DNA from: a virus
Lineage: Duplodnaviria > Caudoviricetes
IMG/VR virus record: IMGVR_UViG_3300028833_000006
Location: 1 to 64,000 of that record
Strand: one strand, 5' to 3'
Length of the DNA stretch: 64,000 bases
Shown here: positions 17,219-26,648 of the stretch, piece after piece
Numbering within the stretch: the stretch's first letter is position 1
Layout: the number at the start of each line of letters is the position of its first letter
The notes under the pieces: generated by a model
The model's database searches: none
Told to the model about the DNA's origin: nothing
What the model saw: the letters and a program-made list of their open reading frames with translations, nothing else
Position numbers and translations under genes: made by a program

Positions 17219-19828
17219 TTAATCTGCTAATAAGAAATCAACCATTTCTGATTTTGAAAAATCAACACCATTATCAATTAAGGCATCTGCCATTTTTCCT
17301 TTTTTATTTACTAATGTCCACACCCTCTCATCTATCGTATTTTTACAAAGAATATTATAAATAGTCACCATATTCTTCTGTCCTATTCTATGGCATCTGT
17401 CTACGCACTGCTCGTACAATGCTCTGTTCCAAGGGTGGTCAAGGAAAATTTCAACAGTCCCAGCAGTAAGTGTTAATCCAGTGCCCATAGCACCACTTGT
17501 ACCAATAATTACTTTACAATTAGCATCATTTTGAAATTTGTCTTTCATTCTCTGACGGTCTTCGTCTTTGGTATCGCCTGTTATGACAGCAATGTCATAT
17601 TTCTGTGACAGTCTTTTGCAAACTTCATCAGTTATAGAAGTCCAATTTGAGAATATAACTATTTTCTCGCCATTTTCTATGGTGTCTTCTACTATTTCTT
17701 CCATACGGTCAAGTTTCGCTGACTCTTGTATCTGACTTGAAAGAATACCTGTATATCCAGTGGCTTGGCGCATTCTAATCATTTCTGATAAAGGATTTGC
17801 TGATGACTTAATTTGGTCTATATTAGACTTAATCTCATTAGTAATCTCCTTGTATATGATTGCTTGCTTTGGTGTCATATCAACGTATTCGTCTATATAC
17901 GTCTTTTCGGGTAAATCGAGTACGTCCTCTTTTCTTCTTCTGAGCATGATTTCATCTAACTGCTCTTGAAGTTCACCAAGATTCTTATATCCAATCACTT
18001 GATATCCACCATATCCACCCATAGTACAAAAATGATTTCTGAATGAATAGAACGAATGCTTTTCATAACCTAACCATTTAAGAATACCGTATACATCTAA
18101 GGGTCGGTTAAGTAACGGTGTACCTGTCATGGCAATCATAGTCTCTGCCTTGAGTTTAAGTAATCCTTTACCTTGCTGTGACGTGGTATTTGTTAACGCT
18201 TTATGTGCTTCGTCAAGAATTATCATATTTATGACACCATTGTCACATAGTTTACATAACTCACTAACTATATCATCATTTCTAAGCGATTCTATATTAG
18301 TTATCAAGAAGTATGACTGACTAATTTCACTGTTTGGATTGTTTGTTATGTCAACCAACTGTTCATACTTTTCTGCATTACTGCCTATAACTATGTTGCC
18401 TGCTCTGTTAGTTTTCTGCCCAATAATCCACCCTTGTTCATTAGAATGTATACCAATTTCATTTGCCCAATTCCATTTAAGTCCATTAACACCACACACT
18501 ACTAAACAATGCCTATAATTATTGTTTGTTTTACGTATGCACGCTATGTCTATAGATTGTTTTGTTTTACCACAATTATGTACTACAACACTATTGCATA
18601 TAAAATTGTGAATATCTGGGTGGTCAATTTCAATATCATAAACGTCCTCATACCCATTTTCTTCAATTGATATAATTTTTTGCAACCTAGGTACAAGATA
18701 TATTTTTGTGCCCTTTCGCATTACATAATCTAAATTGGGATTGAACTGATATAAATGCTTTGATTTGGTATCAGCGTGTTTTTTACAATGTTCTTTAATA
18801 CTAAGTAATTCAAGATTTTCAAACCTATTATCGGTTTTAATACCATTAATATGGTGTACCACTTCTTTTTTAGTATCTACGATATGTCCTGTATTTTCGT
18901 ACCACACTTGATGGTGTTTATATATCCCACCCTCGTTTTTAAGATGTTCATAATTGGGCATAGATTTAGTTAGTTTACCTTTCAGTCTTACATATCCACA
19001 CCTATCTAACACTTCGACAATATCTTGATTCATATATTTTACGTTAGCGTTACATCTTAATTGTTGGTACATACACTTTTTGCAATATCCATTAAACTTT
19101 GCATATGGATAAGTGATAAGATTTTTTGTACTACCACATAATTTACATACCTCTTGACCATTAGTAAATACAGAATCACCTACTTTAAGTTGACATGCCT
19201 CAATCCAACCCTTATCTGTGTAAATTAAATGGTCTGGTGTACATACAATATCTGTATCCTCTAATGTGATTTTAATAGTCTCTTTGTTGCCTTTATATAC
19301 AACAGATTTCATTGGTAAATACCCAAATCTACCGTCTATCATACATTTAATTTGTATAGAATTATCTTTAGCAAATAATTTATATAAATTACTAAGTTTA
19401 GTATCTCTAGTAGCGACTTTACCGACTTCTTTTATCATTACTTTACAATTACCAGAGATACAACCCATCATATCACCCAGCAACCACTTGTCATGCACTA
19501 ATCCATACTTAACACCATCCAACTGATAACTATATGGCTCTGTCTTAAATGTGAAGTTACTAGGTATCTGTACATCATCTTCTGTTTTAGATATGAGCAG
19601 TGACGGGTCAGATATGTTGACATCTATGTCATAATCAGATAATCCATTAATGATATCTGCTAATGACTTAAAGGAAACTTCCCATTCTTTTGTATTAGCA
19701 TTCCAATATCTGCTAGGCAATGCTCTTACAAAATCCACTATATAATTGCTGAAAGGGAAAGAGAGATAAAGGGAACAATTTCCGTTGCACCTATCGCTCT
19801 TTCTTATGTCAACCTTAATCATTCTCAT
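17219..19828 (-). CDS. SNF2/SWI2 family helicase with intein
   Basis: GDMMG|CGKT Walker A split by the intein; DEAH, TGTP, GTGLTL, QCVDRCHRIGQ. Confidence 0.92.
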   Translation of the reverse strand: MRMIKVDIRKSDRCNGNCSLYLSFPFSNYIVDFVRALPSRYWNANTKEWEVSFKSLADIINGLSDYDIDVNISDPSLLISKTEDDVQIPSNFTFKTEPYSYQLDGVKYGLVHDKWLLGDMMGCISGNCKVMIKEVGKVATRDTKLSNLYKLFAKDNSIQIKCMIDGRFGYLPMKSVVYKGNKETIKITLEDTDIVCTPDHLIYTDKGWIEACQLKVGDSVFTNGQEVCKLCGSTKNLITYPYAKFNGYCKKCMYQQLRCNANVKYMNQDIVEVLDRCGYVRLKGKLTKSMPNYEHLKNEGGIYKHHQVWYENTGHIVDTKKEVVHHINGIKTDNRFENLELLSIKEHCKKHADTKSKHLYQFNPNLDYVMRKGTKIYLVPRLQKIISIEENGYEDVYDIEIDHPDIHNFICNSVVVHNCGKTKQSIDIACIRKTNNNYRHCLVVCGVNGLKWNWANEIGIHSNEQGWIIGQKTNRAGNIVIGSNAEKYEQLVDITNNPNSEISQSYFLITNIESLRNDDIVSELCKLCDNGVINMIILDEAHKALTNTTSQQGKGLLKLKAETMIAMTGTPLLNRPLDVYGILKWLGYEKHSFYSFRNHFCTMGGYGGYQVIGYKNLGELQEQLDEIMLRRRKEDVLDLPEKTYIDEYVDMTPKQAIIYKEITNEIKSNIDQIKSSANPLSEMIRMRQATGYTGILSSQIQESAKLDRMEEIVEDTIENGEKIVIFSNWTSITDEVCKRLSQKYDIAVITGDTKDEDRQRMKDKFQNDANCKVIIGTSGAMGTGLTLTAGTVEIFLDHPWNRALYEQCVDRCHRIGQKNMVTIYNILCKNTIDERVWTLVNKKGKMADALIDNGVDFSKSEMVDFLLAD
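18575..19462 (-). mobile_element. Intein (296 aa) with an HNH homing endonuclease
   Basis: Starts CISG, block B CTPDH, ends VVHN followed by extein C; internal HHINGIKTDNRFENL. Confidence 0.92.
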
Positions 19829-19913
19829 TCTCCTTCTCTGACTTGAGAATTTCTAACATTTCCAAGTATGCAAAGTATTCGTTTTCTCTTTCTTCGTAAT
19901 AAGTGTTTTCCAT
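19815..19913 (-). CDS. 32-aa acidic leader ORF
   Basis: AAAAGGAGA RBS; MENTYYEE...; overlaps the helicase start. Confidence 0.45.
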   Translation of the reverse strand: MENTYYEERENEYFAYLEMLEILKSEKENEND

Positions 19914-19970
19914 TTTTGGTTTCTCCTTTTCTGATATTTACAAGGTTTATAAGGTTTCCGTTCAGTTAAT

Positions 19971-19999
19971 ATTATATACAATGTTTATTGAGAAGTCAA
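19971..19999 (-). promoter_or_regulatory. sigmaA promoter for the helicase operon
   Basis: TTGACT-17-TATAAT. Confidence 0.7.
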
Positions 20000-20022
20000 T
20001 ACCTATATTGAAAAATTTTAGA

Positions 20023-20421
20023 TTAGTCGGAATATTTGTTATGTAAACTAAATAACATATCTTTGATACACTTACGTTCTTTGTTCATATCTGTACAACT
20101 ATACAGTGTATCTATAAATTCTTGGATTTCAGTGCATAATGATTTGATATCTTTTATTACTGCACCTTCATTGATTTGACCTAATTGATATGCCCTTTTA
20201 TTATTCACATACTGATTATATGTGGGTAATATGTCATTGTATTCTGATTGTGTAACATCTTTAGATTTAATTTTGTCACGAACAATATATAGATTTGCAA
20301 GGTCTGCTAAATCATCTAGTGTCTCTGCATTCTCTTCCAACTCCGATATTGTATAATCAATTATATTTATATCCATAGTTATTTTCTCCATAAAAGGGGA
20401 TAGCAAAATACTATCCCCCAT
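20023..20421 (-). CDS. Hypothetical protein, last gene of the post-lysin operon (start likely near 20376)
   Basis: Helical acidic ORF. Confidence 0.65.
   Translation of the reverse strand: MGDSILLSPFMEKITMDINIIDYTISELEENAETLDDLADLANLYIVRDKIKSKDVTQSEYNDILPTYNQYVNNKRAYQLGQINEGAVIKDIKSLCTEIQEFIDTLYSCTDMNKERKCIKDMLFSLHNKYSD
20391..20418 (-). terminator. Terminator/attenuator hairpin
   Basis: ggggatag-caaaata-ctatcccc with TTTT on the minus strand. Confidence 0.6.
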
Positions 20422-20428
20422 ACAGTGA

Positions 20429-20866
20429 TTACTTCATCTGCTCAATTTGACGTTTCATCTGGTCTATTTTCTGCAACATTTGCTCCTTATCATCGTGACG
20501 ACTATAACCGCCATCACGACTAGTATATCTGCCCATGCTATCACGACCTCTTCTATAACTGCTATCCTCGCTGTATCTTCCATCACCGTCACCGTCACGA
20601 CCCCTTCTTCCGTCATTGCTATTTCCATAACCATAACTTCCGTCATAGCTACCATCGTAACTGCCACGATAAGAATTGTAAGAGTTATTAGAATAACCGT
20701 CATTTGAATAACCACTATTTTCCATTGCTTCAACTGTCTTAATATCCTTGATGATATCAACTGCTCTGTAAGCACGGTCTAGTTCAGTAGGAGAGATATC
20801 GCCCTTCTTTACTATGTCCTTGAGTTCATCATCAAGCATTTCACATAAATCATATAATGATTGCAT
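20429..20866 (-). CDS. Protein with a low-complexity Y/S/G/R/D region
   Basis: Helical N-terminus, GSYD repeats, RGRDSMGRY. Confidence 0.75.
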   Translation of the reverse strand: MQSLYDLCEMLDDELKDIVKKGDISPTELDRAYRAVDIIKDIKTVEAMENSGYSNDGYSNNSYNSYRGSYDGSYDGSYGYGNSNDGRRGRDGDGDGRYSEDSSYRRGRDSMGRYTSRDGGYSRHDDKEQMLQKIDQMKRQIEQMK

Positions 20867-20903
20867 ACTGGCGTCCTCCTTTCTACGCTATCCGAAATGA
20901 AAT

Positions 20904-21680
20904 CTAATTTTTTATGTACCATTTTTTACCTCGCTTTTCTGCCAACACCTTACCGCTGTGTATCCACCTATTTACCGTTGTTCTTGTAACACCTTTAGAT
21001 TTTGCATAAGATTCAACATCCACATAATTACTAGGTATGTTGTGTGATTTTATCCAATTGGTTAATACGGTATCCAATGATTGCCCACGTTTCACATGAT
21101 AATATACATAGGATTTATGTATTCCAAATTTATCTGCAAATTCTGATGCGGAATACATCTGTTCATGATATTCATAAGTTGTAGTGATATTACGATTACG
21201 CATTTGTTCTCTTGCGGTAGTAAACCGACAATTCTCTGGTGAATATCCTAAATTATTGTCAATTCTGTCTAAACTCCAATATCTACCGTCTTTTGTTTCA
21301 TCATATCCATTTGCATATGCCCATGTATAAAAAGATTCAAAAGAATTTTTCCACTCATTACAAACATCAATTCCTCTGCCACCATATCTTTTGTTATTAG
21401 TGTCTCTACATCTACTTAACATAGATTGATACTTATGATATAGTTTACTCTTACATTTACCATGTTTAGTGCCACGTTCAACAAATTGTTTAGCACACTC
21501 GTTTCTAAGACACCCACATGACTTTTGCCCACAAAGGAGTCTAGAATAATTAAGTTCTATGTCATTGCCACAATCACAGTGCAACAACCATTTAGACCTA
21601 CCAGTTTTCTCAATGGCAACTAATTTTCCAAATCGCCTACCAACAATATCTAAGTTGTCATACTTATCTCGTTTTTGCAT
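20904..21680 (-). CDS. Free-standing HNH-type homing endonuclease with C-terminal HTH
   Basis: GRRFGKL, CDCG, SCGC, YGGRGI, LDRIDNNLGYSPENC; C-terminal excisionase-like HTH. Confidence 0.8.
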   Translation of the reverse strand: MQKRDKYDNLDIVGRRFGKLVAIEKTGRSKWLLHCDCGNDIELNYSRLLCGQKSCGCLRNECAKQFVERGTKHGKCKSKLYHKYQSMLSRCRDTNNKRYGGRGIDVCNEWKNSFESFYTWAYANGYDETKDGRYWSLDRIDNNLGYSPENCRFTTAREQMRNRNITTTYEYHEQMYSASEFADKFGIHKSYVYYHVKRGQSLDTVLTNWIKSHNIPSNYVDVESYAKSKGVTRTTVNRWIHSGKVLAEKRGKKWYIKN

Positions 21681-21736
21681 ATAATCGCCCTCCATAGTAT
21701 TATCTACGCAATTCGATTATATTACGCATTAGTAAT

Positions 21737-22195
21737 TTATGCAACACGAGTTACGGTTAAATTCGCATTCTGCACATTAATAGGCGGTGCTGGTGTTGTT
21801 GCAGGTGTTGCTGATTCGGATGTATTTTCAACACTCACATTGAAACAACACCCTCTAGGTATTGTAACTATGGCAGTGGATGTCACATTGAAATATTCAT
21901 CTACTGCCGCAGGTGTCACAATCGCCCTACTTGTAAGCACTGGTTCACCGTCAATAGCAACTGCTATTGATATAGCACCTACCGTACTACCCTCAGGAAC
22001 TGCTATGTTCCCATTAAAAGTTACTTGATATCTTGCAAAGCAAGCATTAGGACAATTGACAATACCACGGAGAGTTACAATCCCACTTTCACTTCTGTGA
22101 AGCACATAACCTTTAGGACAACCTATTGTAGTCTGTAAAACCACGGGTTGATTTGGTTGTACTACTTGTATTGGGTTATAAGTAAACTCAGCCAT
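21737..22195 (-). CDS. Beta-sandwich protein (BclA-C/C1q-like)
   Basis: All-beta pattern (YQVTFNGNI, NANLTVTRVA), Cys-containing. Confidence 0.6.
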   Translation of the reverse strand: MAEFTYNPIQVVQPNQPVVLQTTIGCPKGYVLHRSESGIVTLRGIVNCPNACFARYQVTFNGNIAVPEGSTVGAISIAVAIDGEPVLTSRAIVTPAAVDEYFNVTSTAIVTIPRGCCFNVSVENTSESATPATTPAPPINVQNANLTVTRVA

Positions 22196-22209
22196 TAGTA
22201 CTCACCCCC

Positions 22210-23001
22210 TTAGAAATTGCCACAACCACAACCGTAGTTCTGTGTGCAACAATTAGGGTTCTGCACGATATAAGCAGGTCTTGCTACTGGATTAAGATAG
22301 TCCTCCAATACCGCAGTCTGTCTGCTATTATCTGCAAGTAACTGTGCTGTCTGTGCACCTTGTGATGCCGCAAGATTAGCCATTGTAAGCTGTCTTTCAA
22401 GGTCTGCAATCTTCTCATTTTTAGCATCTATCTTATCCTGACACAACTGGTCTTTAATTGACTGGATGCCTCCATTGATTGTGTTAAGGATTGCCTGTGT
22501 GTTCTGAGTGTCGTTTGTACGTGTAGCACATGCCTCTCTTGCTATATCGCTACCTAAGTTCGCTACAGCAAGACGGTTTTCACAGCAACAATCTGCTAAC
22601 TGTGACTGCAATGCAAAATTCTGGTTCATGTCTGCTATCTGATTAGTATATGCTGTCTGCATAGCATCCATAGCCCTATTACATCCTGCAACCTCAGCAT
22701 TTGCAAAACCATTGGAGATTGCGGTGCTAATACCACTAAGTTGACTTGTAAGACCTGCATTATCAAATCCTCTATTAACATCATTCTGTGTCTGAGTGTT
22801 GAAGAAATAGGGGAACATTTCATTTCCACCGTAGCCTCCAAAACCACCCCAACCACCATTGCCCATAAGAGCAAAGAGGAATAAAATAACCCACCAACTA
22901 TCATAGCCACCGAAACCGCCACCAAAGCCATTTCCGTAACCACCCATGTAAGCAGGTGCTACAGGCATATACATGCCATTTCCACTGTCTGTTAATGCCA
23001 T
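22210..23001 (-). CDS. Gly-rich membrane segment plus coiled-coil protein with Cys clusters
   Basis: GFGG repeats, WWVILFLFALM, heptads, CCC, C-terminal NCC..GCGC. Confidence 0.8.
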   Translation of the reverse strand: MALTDSGNGMYMPVAPAYMGGYGNGFGGGFGGYDSWWVILFLFALMGNGGWGGFGGYGGNEMFPYFFNTQTQNDVNRGFDNAGLTSQLSGISTAISNGFANAEVAGCNRAMDAMQTAYTNQIADMNQNFALQSQLADCCCENRLAVANLGSDIAREACATRTNDTQNTQAILNTINGGIQSIKDQLCQDKIDAKNEKIADLERQLTMANLAASQGAQTAQLLADNSRQTAVLEDYLNPVARPAYIVQNPNCCTQNYGCGCGNF

Positions 23002-23094
23002 AACATTTTCTCCTTTCTGATAATTGTTTTCAGTTAGCGGCTATTCTCTTAATCGAATAGTCGGTATATCATAGGTGTGCACTCCTTAGATAAC

Positions 23095-23325
23095 TTATAA
23101 TTTAAACCCCATTTTCTGTGCCAATGTCATAATCCTATTAAGACTTTCTTGTGACATCTGATTATTGTTCAATAGATATTGAACAGCACCGTGTGGGTCA
23201 TTAGCATATTGATTTGGTATGTTTATTTTTCTCTGCATTAAAAACTGCATAGGATTCTGCATAAATGTATTGAATTGGTTTTGCATACCATTATTCATTT
23301 GTTCTTGGAATAAGGGATTTGCCAT
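23095..23325 (-). CDS. Q/N/M-rich small protein
   Basis: GGAGG RBS before MANPLF. Confidence 0.7.
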   Translation of the reverse strand: MANPLFQEQMNNGMQNQFNTFMQNPMQFLMQRKINIPNQYANDPHGAVQYLLNNNQMSQESLNRIMTLAQKMGFKL

Positions 23326-23716
23326 TGTTATTAGACCTCCTATTTTCACCGATAGTTGCTTTCTTTATAGATTTAGTTATATCGGATATAGCGTCTTCAA
23401 ATTCATCTCTTGTTATAAACATGGATGTATCTATATCATTTTTTCGTATATCCGACTCATTACATTCTGAATAACTAAATATTCTCAATGGCTGTGGCAT
23501 TCCACTTTGGTCTGCTGACTTGATATAAAATACTTGACTTTCTGAATCAAATAATACTTGACTCATTCCAGGTGCTACTGGATATGCCTTAGCACCACTT
23601 TCACCTTGTACCCATACCATGCTCGAATTATTCTGTGTTTGATTTTGTGACATTGGTGTCATATAATTCGGAACTGTTGGGTTTACATAACTTTGATATG
23701 GATTTGCGTAATTCAT
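23291..23716 (-). CDS. Hypothetical protein (WVQG..AKAYPVAPG...FYIKSAD)
   Basis: Coupled ORF with AGGAGG RBS. Confidence 0.75.
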   Translation of the reverse strand: MNYANPYQSYVNPTVPNYMTPMSQNQTQNNSSMVWVQGESGAKAYPVAPGMSQVLFDSESQVFYIKSADQSGMPQPLRIFSYSECNESDIRKNDIDTSMFITRDEFEDAISDITKSIKKATIGENRRSNNNGKSLIPRTNE

Positions 23717-24096
23717 TATTCATCCTCCTTTGTAAAATAGTAAATTACCACTTCGTCCCCACTGTCCCATGTATCCATATAATCACCAGATATGCAGGTA
23801 ACTACATGGGTACCAGTGGCTAATAGATATCTACCCTCTGGGTTATCTTCACAGAACTGCTTTACTGTATAACAGTATGGACATGTATTTGGTATGACAT
23901 GCATGTCATATCCTTGTGATTTTAAATAAGCACTCCACACCGCATTAGATGATGGCATATCATGCATATAAAATCCTTGCATCATTACTGCTGTATATAC
24001 ATACTCCCACGACTTATCCATGAGTATGGATATTGCCCTTATTACACAGTCACCAACTAAATTATTATTAGGATTAGGATTTGTTTGAATAAACAT
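23716..24096 (-). CDS. Putative papain-like Cys-His-Asp enzyme
   Basis: GDCVIRA...THVV...DTWDS; paralog at 61932-62342. Confidence 0.6.
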   Translation of the reverse strand: MFIQTNPNPNNNLVGDCVIRAISILMDKSWEYVYTAVMMQGFYMHDMPSSNAVWSAYLKSQGYDMHVIPNTCPYCYTVKQFCEDNPEGRYLLATGTHVVTCISGDYMDTWDSGDEVVIYYFTKEDE

Positions 24097-24159
24097 TTAC
24101 ACTTACCTCTTACATTAATAATTTTCACATGGATACCGCATAGTCTCAATGAAGTCCAA

Positions 24160-24187
24160 GTGCAAGTTAAGTGCAATTTTTGTGCAA
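24160..24187 (-). promoter_or_regulatory. Three TTGCAC direct repeats at exact 11-bp phase
   Basis: gtgcaa at 24160, 24171, 24182, upstream of a weak TTGAGA-17-GAAAAT promoter. Confidence 0.65.
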
Positions 24188-24221
24188 AAAAAGAAAGAGT
24201 AGTATCTCTACTACTCTTTCC
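24186..24221 (-). terminator. Rho-independent terminator
   Basis: gaaagagtagta..tactactctttc stem plus T-run. Confidence 0.7.
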
Positions 24222-24277
24222 GAAAATAAAGGAGTTATAACATGAGATGGTTTTGATGAAGCATCTCTTATAACCAA

Positions 24278-24508
24278 TTATATTTTGGAGAATATTTTAT
24301 CTTCTCCCTTGTACACTATATTTTTAACTTGTCTTACTGATAAATCAAATTCCGCAGCCAGTGGCTCAAATCCTATACCATCAATTAGATTTCGTCTCAT
24401 TATCTTTCTGTTGCGTTCACCATGTCTGCCTATTATCCATCTATCAATGAGAATATTCAAGTCTTCTACTGTTATATCATCTAATTCAGGACACCTTTTC
24501 TCACTCAT
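24278..24508 (-). CDS. Sigma70 region-4-like HTH regulator
   Basis: GIGFEPLAAEFDLSVRQVKNIVYK. Confidence 0.75.
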   Translation of the reverse strand: MSEKRCPELDDITVEDLNILIDRWIIGRHGERNRKIMRRNLIDGIGFEPLAAEFDLSVRQVKNIVYKGEDKIFSKI

Positions 24509-24642
24509 GGTTTTGTCTTCTTTGTCCTATTAGGTTTTGCATGATACCCTTTGCCGTGGCACACATTACATTGTACCTGACCATCTGGTATTTTCTTTCT
24601 CCTATATGCGGATGTTGTAATTGTTTGTTTAACGTGTGCCAT
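24505..24642 (-). CDS. 45-aa basic peptide with one CxxCxGxG motif
   Basis: Manual ORF: CNVCHGKG; ATGA-coupled to the HTH gene. Confidence 0.5.
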   Translation of the reverse strand: MAHVKQTITTSAYRRKKIPDGQVQCNVCHGKGYHAKPNRTKKTKP

Positions 24643-24901
24643 ATGTTATATTCCCGCTATCTTGTATGTAAGCATTACCACCATCATCAGAATTTACCTC
24701 TTGTGATATTGTAGACGATGGTATATATTCCCAACTGTTTTCCCAAATTATCCAACCTATATTACTTGCAAAGAGTAAAACTACAAGAATTATTATGAGT
24801 ATCCACAATCTCCTATTTGAGCGTTCCATTCTTGCTTGTGCTCTCTCAAATATCATGACTGGTACATAATTAGGATTTTCAATCTTAGATAGTGTTGCCA
24901 T
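24629..24901 (-). CDS. Single-TM membrane protein
   Basis: RRLWILIIILVVLLFASN. Confidence 0.65.
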   Translation of the reverse strand: MATLSKIENPNYVPVMIFERAQARMERSNRRLWILIIILVVLLFASNIGWIIWENSWEYIPSSTISQEVNSDDGGNAYIQDSGNITYGTR

Positions 24902-25101
24902 TATTCACCCTCAACAATCACAAGTATTTTTGTTGCTGATTCTATAGACCACTTCTTGACTAACATGTTTTCTATAGTATCTTCAAGGCTCTCATAACCT
25001 TCTGCCTTAAATGATATCAATTCTTTCTCTGTATTATTATCTTGCAATATGACAGTAATGTCAGTTGATGTAAGTTTACTTAGTAAATCAACAAGTTTCA
25101 T
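24901..25101 (-). CDS. Hypothetical protein
   Basis: Coupled ORF. Confidence 0.6.
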   Translation of the reverse strand: MKLVDLLSKLTSTDITVILQDNNTEKELISFKAEGYESLEDTIENMLVKKWSIESATKILVIVEGE

Positions 25102-25104
25102 ACA

Positions 25105-25908
25105 TTATACCTCATTCACATATTCTTTGTTCCTATATGTTGCAGCTATCCAACCACTCGGTATCTTCATCCATATATTACCGTTAAAATCTACTGTTCC
25201 TTGACATGTAACCTTAGTGCCCTTCCTTAAGATAGCATATCCGTTACCATCATCATAAGAGTTCTGCTTTGCATTTTTGGTTATCTGAGATATTAATGTC
25301 TTATTGCCCTCTGGCTCTACCCTAATAAACAAATTAACATTTGTCTTATATGTCGTACCTTTATGATATTTTATAACACCGTTTGATTGTGGCTTAGTGT
25401 CAACCACAATAGGTTCATTATAGGATTCACCATGATAATTAAAATCATCCCACTTCTGTAGACCCCATTTATTGCATGTGGTCATGAGGGTATTGACATA
25501 TGTGCTACTTGTTGCATAGCCATCTTGTTTTAGTCTCTCAGCATATAGCAATGGGGTGTCAGCAGTTTTGAGATTTGCATACCTTTTAGTTGAAATGAAA
25601 TCATAATATCCATTGATGCCAGATACTAAATCTGGATATGTGCGGAAATTATCACGGATAGTAGTTAAATGACCTACTGTATATTCCTCTTTGGTTTTCA
25701 TGTTAACACTTGTACCTTTCCAAGTATTACCACACTTCATTCCAAATAGATTGTTATATTTTGCAAGACCACTAAGTCCATATGCGCTTTCAATACATGC
25801 TTGCGCAATTACTGTACTGCAAATAAGATAGCCACGTTCTTTGGCTATCTTTTGTATAATCGGTGCTACTTCTGCTATGAATTTTTTACATTCCGCATTA
25901 CTAGCCAT
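25105..25908 (-). CDS. Endolysin (GH73 glucosaminidase plus SH3-like cell-wall-binding domain)
   Basis: AQACIES, NNLFGMK, TKEE, GYATSSTY; C-terminal W.KIPSGWI. Confidence 0.9.
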   Translation of the reverse strand: MASNAECKKFIAEVAPIIQKIAKERGYLICSTVIAQACIESAYGLSGLAKYNNLFGMKCGNTWKGTSVNMKTKEEYTVGHLTTIRDNFRTYPDLVSGINGYYDFISTKRYANLKTADTPLLYAERLKQDGYATSSTYVNTLMTTCNKWGLQKWDDFNYHGESYNEPIVVDTKPQSNGVIKYHKGTTYKTNVNLFIRVEPEGNKTLISQITKNAKQNSYDDGNGYAILRKGTKVTCQGTVDFNGNIWMKIPSGWIAATYRNKEYVNEV

Positions 25909-25913
25909 ATATG

Positions 25914-26270
25914 TTATCCCTTTACGACAGGTGTGTCATTCTCTTCTTTTTGTTCAACATCCTTGGGTACAACTTCGGATAACTGTTTGAGTAACTGAAT
26001 AACTTTATCATACCCAACCATACTTGCTACCCACACAGCAATGCCCATAAGGAATAAACAAATAATATTGTTCACTGTCCAAGGAATTGCCATAAGCATA
26101 TATCCAATTGCTGTACCGCCACAACCAACTACAATTGCATTTATAAGCGCAACCATATTTGCTGAATACTCCTTATGTGCATTGGAATATGCTTTCTTTA
26201 TAGCCTCAGTTAAAAGAGAAGTTACAACTGAACCTACTGTGAACATTGTGATAAAAAGTGTAACTGTCAT
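25914..26270 (-). CDS. Holin
   Basis: Three TM segments, LTEAIKK, GYDK; directly upstream of the lysin. Confidence 0.75.
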   Translation of the reverse strand: MTVTLFITMFTVGSVVTSLLTEAIKKAYSNAHKEYSANMVALINAIVVGCGGTAIGYMLMAIPWTVNNIICLFLMGIAVWVASMVGYDKVIQLLKQLSEVVPKDVEQKEENDTPVVKG

Positions 26271-26273
26271 ATA

Positions 26274-26579
26274 TTACTCTCCTACTACAACCTTATGTGA
26301 TGAGTCTTGATAAACTATATCTTCTAGATTTGCTACCTTACTCTCCAACTTAATAAGTTTCTCACGTATCTCTTTAATATCAACTTGAAACCCTTTGTTG
26401 TCTTCCTTAATATCCTTTACAGTATTTTCGATAGTATCCAATTTGACTATTATAGTTGCCATCTGCGTTGCATCTGCTTTATCATCACTAGTCTTATTAC
26501 GTGAAAATGCCTTGTAGCCAAAGAATATGCTACAAGTTACTGAAAGTACTGTAATTAAACTCATAATTTCTACAGTCAT
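26274..26579 (-). CDS. Holin-like TM plus coiled-coil protein
   Basis: N-terminal TM and heptad repeats, in the lysis cassette. Confidence 0.6.
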   Translation of the reverse strand: MTVEIMSLITVLSVTCSIFFGYKAFSRNKTSDDKADATQMATIIVKLDTIENTVKDIKEDNKGFQVDIKEIREKLIKLESKVANLEDIVYQDSSHKVVVGE

Positions 26580-26648
26580 GTGCGCTCCAATCTCGCTCCA
26601 TCTCCCCAATATCATTATAATATTAAAATGACACTTATGTCAACTTAT

